From Candidatus Nanoclepta minutus (GTDB lineage: Archaea > Nanobdellota > Nanobdellia > Nanobdellales > Nanobdellaceae), in assembly GCA_003568775.1 (NCBI GenBank), contig MWMI01000005.1, forward strand, positions 7,516 through 39,515: a DNA stretch of 32,000 bases. The letters run 5' to 3'. Of this stretch, positions 28,276-32,000 are shown piece by piece. The stretch's first letter is position 1; the number at the start of each line of letters is the position of its first letter. The position numbers and the translations under genes are program-made. The notes below the pieces were generated by a model, which searched no databases, was not told the DNA's origin, and was given only the letters and a program-made list of their open reading frames with translations.

Positions 28276-28849
28276 CCACGAATATATAAACACTTTCTGC
28301 ATTTTCTTTAATAAATTCTAAAAGATCGTCCTTATATACTATTTGGCTTTCAGGTTTCCTCTTTAACTTAAATACCTCAAAGAAATACCTGTGATAGCCA
28401 TGTCCAGGAGGGGGACAGGGACCGTCATAGCCAATTCCTGCAATGTTACCTCTAGTAAAATTGTAATAATAAAAATCGTTATAGACCTGGTAATATTTAT
28501 CCCCTTTCAGGACCTTTGGTAAACCTTCCGGAATTTCCTTAGAATCCCAGATTACTATTCCCCAATGGAACCATGTACCTGCAGGAGCATCTGGATCTTC
28601 AACTATCACTGCATAAACCCCATTATCCGGAAAAACTACTTGCGGGTTTATATTATCCCCATCGCAAGTATAAATCTTTTCGAATACATCTAATAGATTT
28701 ACCTTAACTCCTTTAAGCTCAGGCAAACTCAAATTAGATGCAAAAACTCCTTTCATAGTATCTAATTGTTGGAAACCCTTATAAATAAATATAAATACCA
28801 ACAAAAAGATAACAATAGATACTACTAGAAACAGGATTTTCTTGTTCAT
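28259..28849 (-). CDS. PEBP (YbhB/YbcL, Raf-kinase-inhibitor-like) family protein with N-terminal signal or anchor
   Basis: DPDAP....HW and GYDGPCPPPGHGYHRYFFEVF motifs. N-terminal KKILFLVVSIVIFLLVFIFI. Confidence 0.8.
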   Translation of the reverse strand: MNKKILFLVVSIVIFLLVFIFIYKGFQQLDTMKGVFASNLSLPELKGVKVNLLDVFEKIYTCDGDNINPQVVFPDNGVYAVIVEDPDAPAGTWFHWGIVIWDSKEIPEGLPKVLKGDKYYQVYNDFYYYNFTRGNIAGIGYDGPCPPPGHGYHRYFFEVFKLKRKPESQIVYKDDLLEFIKENAESVYIFVAKYKR

Positions 28850-28884
28850 TATAGTTTATTAGATTTAACAATTAAAAATCATAG

Positions 28885-29706
28885 TTAAAATAAAACCTCC
28901 CTTATACCTCTTTTGCCTAAATCTATAAACAAAACCGAAGCGTACTCGTTACCATAAACCTTTGAAGAAAATACGGTAATAACTTTTCTATTATGGTTAA
29001 ACTTGATCCCTTCACAAGGTTCGTGTCCCCTTATAATGAGATCTAAACCATTTTCCCTTAAAAAACTCATAGTAATATCTATACCAAAAAGGTATCCAAT
29101 ACCTCTGGGAGATGGCAAATGGCCTATTCCTTCAAAAGGATCATTCCAGACCAGCTGAATTACTGTATTAGGTTCTTCATTAGCTATTTCATTTATATCC
29201 TTAACATCTATAGGTATACCCCCGTGAACTAGAAAAAGGAAATCTTCATAATAAGCTGCGATAGGTAATCTATCAAAAAGGTCTATTAGCCTATCGTATA
29301 TCTCATTATAGTTATCCCTAAATTTTTCTAATAGCTGATACCTAAAATCGGATGGATAAACATCCCAATATTTAGATATTTCATGGTTTCCTCTAAGTAG
29401 CAATATTTGATTTTGATACTCTAATTTTAATCTAAAGATTTTCTCTAAAACTTCCAAACTATATTTTCCCCTATCAACATAGTCTCCAAGGAAGATGACA
29501 ATATTATCTTCATCCTTCAAAAAACTATTAAGATCTATAGTCTCAAATATCTTATTCAAAGTTTCAAGATCTCCATGAACATCCCCAATAACTATACATC
29601 TTCCTTTAGTGACTATCTTAGCTAAACCTTTATTGAAGGTAAAATTACTAGAACCTTTCCTTAGAAGGGGTTCAACTTCTTCTAAAATCCTGATGAGTCC
29701 TTCCAT
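28885..29706 (-). CDS. PPP-family Ser/Thr protein phosphatase (PP1-arch-like metallophosphoesterase)
   Basis: GDVHGD, GDYVDRG and RGNHE motifs in the canonical order. Confidence 0.8.
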   Translation of the reverse strand: MEGLIRILEEVEPLLRKGSSNFTFNKGLAKIVTKGRCIVIGDVHGDLETLNKIFETIDLNSFLKDEDNIVIFLGDYVDRGKYSLEVLEKIFRLKLEYQNQILLLRGNHEISKYWDVYPSDFRYQLLEKFRDNYNEIYDRLIDLFDRLPIAAYYEDFLFLVHGGIPIDVKDINEIANEEPNTVIQLVWNDPFEGIGHLPSPRGIGYLFGIDITMSFLRENGLDLIIRGHEPCEGIKFNHNRKVITVFSSKVYGNEYASVLFIDLGKRGIREVLF

Positions 29707-29750
29707 AGACTTAAGTTTAATTTTTTAATTAAAAAATAAATTAGAAAATT

Positions 29751-30128
29751 ATGAGAATCGAAAGTAAGAAATTCTTAGAACAAGCTAAGATGGACTTTGA
29801 AGCCGGCATAAAGAATATGGAAAACAAAATATTCTTCGTTTCAGCTTTCCTATTCCAACAAGCTGCTGAAAAATCACTAAAAGCTTTTTGGATAGAAAAA
29901 AATAAGGAGAATCCACCCTCTACTCATAATCTGATAATATTGGCTGAATCTCTAAACTTACCGGAAGATTTAATTGAATGTTCAAAAGTTTTAACCCCAC
30001 ATTCAGTAATATCTAGATATCCTACCGGAGAATTTGCTCCATATGAGATATACTCAGAAGCTGAAGTTTTAAGGTTAAAGGAATGTTCTGAAAGGATATT
30101 GAAATGGATAGAAGAGCAATTGAAATAG
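29751..30128 (+). CDS. HEPN domain protein (putative toxin of a HEPN-MNT pair)
   Basis: A..D...A........F...AFLFQQAAEKSLKA, STHNL and ISRYP are characteristic of PF05168-type HEPN. Confidence 0.7.
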   Translation: MRIESKKFLEQAKMDFEAGIKNMENKIFFVSAFLFQQAAEKSLKAFWIEKNKENPPSTHNLIILAESLNLPEDLIECSKVLTPHSVISRYPTGEFAPYEIYSEAEVLRLKECSERILKWIEEQLK

Positions 30129-30418
30129 CAAGAAAAATAAAAGAAAATTTAGAAAAGAAAGGGATAAAGATAGAAAAGATTATACTTTTTGGTTCAAGGG
30201 CAAAAGAAAACTATAAGAAAGAGTCTGATTATGACTTCATAATAGTTTCTAAAGATTTTAAGGATATTCCAATATTTAGAAGGATGGAAATGGTATTAGA
30301 TATAAAAGAAGATATAGATGTTATCTGTTTAACACCTGAAGAATTTGAAAGGGAAAAGAATTTTTTAGGATCTATAGTATCCTATGCCTTAAAAGAAGGT
30401 ATTGAAATAAAGTTATAA
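30104..30418 (+). CDS. Minimal nucleotidyltransferase (MNT; putative antitoxin)
   Basis: LFGSRAKENYKKESDYDFIIV carries the GS...(n)..D.D NTase motif. The ORF overlaps the HEPN gene by 25 nt. Confidence 0.8.
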   Translation: MDRRAIEIARKIKENLEKKGIKIEKIILFGSRAKENYKKESDYDFIIVSKDFKDIPIFRRMEMVLDIKEDIDVICLTPEEFEREKNFLGSIVSYALKEGIEIKL

Positions 30419-30991
30419 AACTCTAAATACTCCCTTAGTTGTTATTATCATATTTATCTTTTGATCATAATCTTCCATTAAATATGATAGATCTTCAAAG
30501 ACCTGCAAATCGTGAACATTAGTGGCAATGATTATACTTGGGTTCTTCTCCCTTAATATCCTTATCTCTCTATCACCAAAGCCTCCTCCTTTCCCTATCC
30601 TATTACCCTTTAAATCTACAGCAACAGAACCTATTAAAGCAAAATCTATTTCCGGTATATTGTATCCAACTATCTTTGAATTCTTTATTATATCCATCAA
30701 AGAACCATAATACTCTTCTACTTTACAGAAACCTCTTCTCAATCTTGGAGTAGCCATATAAACTTCCTTATCATTAATTACATGTTTCAACAAATACCTT
30801 TGAGGAGTATCTGGAGAGATAAATATTCTCTTTGCTCTCTTATATTCATCTAATTCTAAAACCTTTTTAATAGTCTCTTCTACACCTAAAAAATTAGGTA
30901 TATGTCCTTCACATGGAAACGAACATACCTTCTTTTCTTTCAATATATTCCAAACGTATCTTCTGACCTCTTCCTTTGAAGAAAATTTCAT
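30413..30991 (-). CDS. 5-formyltetrahydrofolate cyclo-ligase family protein
   Basis: IR..V...L and the GNRIGKGGGFGDRE motif (G.G.G.YD-like) in a ~190 aa protein. Confidence 0.65.
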   Translation of the reverse strand: MKFSSKEEVRRYVWNILKEKKVCSFPCEGHIPNFLGVEETIKKVLELDEYKRAKRIFISPDTPQRYLLKHVINDKEVYMATPRLRRGFCKVEEYYGSLMDIIKNSKIVGYNIPEIDFALIGSVAVDLKGNRIGKGGGFGDREIRILREKNPSIIIATNVHDLQVFEDLSYLMEDYDQKINMIITTKGVFRVL

Positions 30992-31020
30992 AAAAATAAA
31001 CTAAAAATATATTTAAAAAA

Positions 31021-31485
31021 TTATTCTTTACAAACGGCCAAGTTAGTATTTATACCTGGCTGTAATAATACACATTCTCCCTTTCCAACATCTATATAGT
31101 CTCCCCTCAATATATTGAATTTATTTATATCTTCCATTCTAACTTTTCTTTTTGTTAACCTTTCTACCATTTCTTCTAGATTAGATGGTTTCTTAAAGCG
31201 CTCAACAACGATGGTACCATTTTTACTTCCTGTTCCATCGTATCCCCAGTCAATTACCTTTAACCTTTCCCCATCTTGATAGAGCTTTAAATGATTTCTA
31301 GATACTGTTAGGTCCATATTACCTGTATATACTATTGGATATCCCCTTTCATCCATGATATACACTCCATACGGCTCTCCAGGAACATCTGTCCTTGCCA
31401 ACCTACCCACTATATATATTTTGTCCTCTCCCCTGAACTCCCTTAATCTACCATTTGAATTTACATAATAGGTTGTTATCACCAT
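31021..31485 (-). CDS. FHA domain protein (154 aa)
   Basis: The canonical FHA residues occur in order: IVGR, VSRNH, then SKNGT. Confidence 0.65.
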   Translation of the reverse strand: MVITTYYVNSNGRLREFRGEDKIYIVGRLARTDVPGEPYGVYIMDERGYPIVYTGNMDLTVSRNHLKLYQDGERLKVIDWGYDGTGSKNGTIVVERFKKPSNLEEMVERLTKRKVRMEDINKFNILRGDYIDVGKGECVLLQPGINTNLAVCKE

Positions 31486-31535
31486 TATATAATTATAGTA
31501 TCGATAAATTTAAAAAGCTTTATCCTATATATTAT

Positions 31536-31985
31536 TCAGGAACCTCTTAATATAATCATTGTAACGGTTTCCTTTACTCCCTTAATATTCCTTAAAACAT
31601 CTAGAATAAAGGTTGAAAGTTCTTCTATGTTCTTACTTATAATCTTTAAAAGTATATCGTATTCTCCAGTTATTATATAAGCTTCTTCAACGTTCTCAAA
31701 AGATTTTAACTTTTTCAATAAATCCTTTTGCGATATTTCAGAAGATGGATCATATTTTATTAGAATAAAGGCCCTAACTCTATAGCCTAACTTTTCATAA
31801 TTTATCTTTATAGTATAAGCTTCTATTATTCCTTCTTTTTCTAATCTTTTTAACCTATAATAAACCGTAGTTATAGGCAAATTTAGTTCCCTTGATATCT
31901 CCTTTAATGAGGTTTTAGCATTCCTCTTTAAAATGTCTAAAATTTTTCTATTAATTTCATCAATATTTGAAAATTTTTCATTCAT
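31536..31985 (-). CDS. Lrp/AsnC family transcriptional regulator
   Basis: N-terminal HTH (DEINRKILDILKRNAKTSLKEISRELNLPITTVYYRLKRLEKEGII) plus a C-terminal RAM/ACT-like domain (EAYIITGEYDILLKI). Confidence 0.85.
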   Translation of the reverse strand: MNEKFSNIDEINRKILDILKRNAKTSLKEISRELNLPITTVYYRLKRLEKEGIIEAYTIKINYEKLGYRVRAFILIKYDPSSEISQKDLLKKLKSFENVEEAYIITGEYDILLKIISKNIEELSTFILDVLRNIKGVKETVTMIILRGS

Positions 31986-32000
31986 TTAAAAATATTGATT

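Noticed and set aside
30522-30753. Two plus-strand ORFs (62 and 71 aa) inside the 5-FTHF cyclo-ligase-like gene
   Set aside because: They are antisense shadow ORFs with low-complexity S/L/P composition.

Overview
Visibly AT-rich, very compact archaeal chromosomal window. The two tRNAs are GC-rich and the proteins are rich in K, E, I and Y, which suggests a thermophile, possibly with a reduced genome. All calls come from reading the ORF translations and remembered family motifs; no searches were run. Most content is housekeeping: four aminoacyl-tRNA synthetases (leuS partial, valS, aspS, tyrS), tRNA-Gly(GCC), tRNA-Val(UAC), RNase Z, CTP synthase, archaeal triosephosphate isomerase, RNA polymerase subunit D, thioredoxin reductase with a PDO/glutaredoxin-like protein and a DUF59 protein, AGOG DNA glycosylase, a P-type ATPase and a GT2 glycosyltransferase. 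The items worth a second look are: (1) a minus-strand cluster at 17203-21174 that looks like an orphan type IV pilus-like module. It has a FlaJ/TadC-like polytopic membrane protein and four small paralogous pilin-like proteins that share a conserved Cys pair. No ATPase or prepilin peptidase is present, and the cluster is joined by start/stop overlaps to DUF763 and trxB. (2) A secreted DUF2341 + seven-blade RCC1-like propeller protein whose blades are encoded as an A-B-A-B-A-B-A higher-order nucleotide repeat. (3) A perfect 87-bp tandem duplication spanning the valS stop and the propeller gene start. (4) A roughly 1.1-kb ORF-free gap containing a decayed small ORF. (5) A candidate C/D box sRNA. 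(6) An FHA protein, a PPP phosphatase, an Lrp regulator and a HEPN-MNT pair at the right end. No CRISPR array, rRNA or recognisable mobile element was seen.
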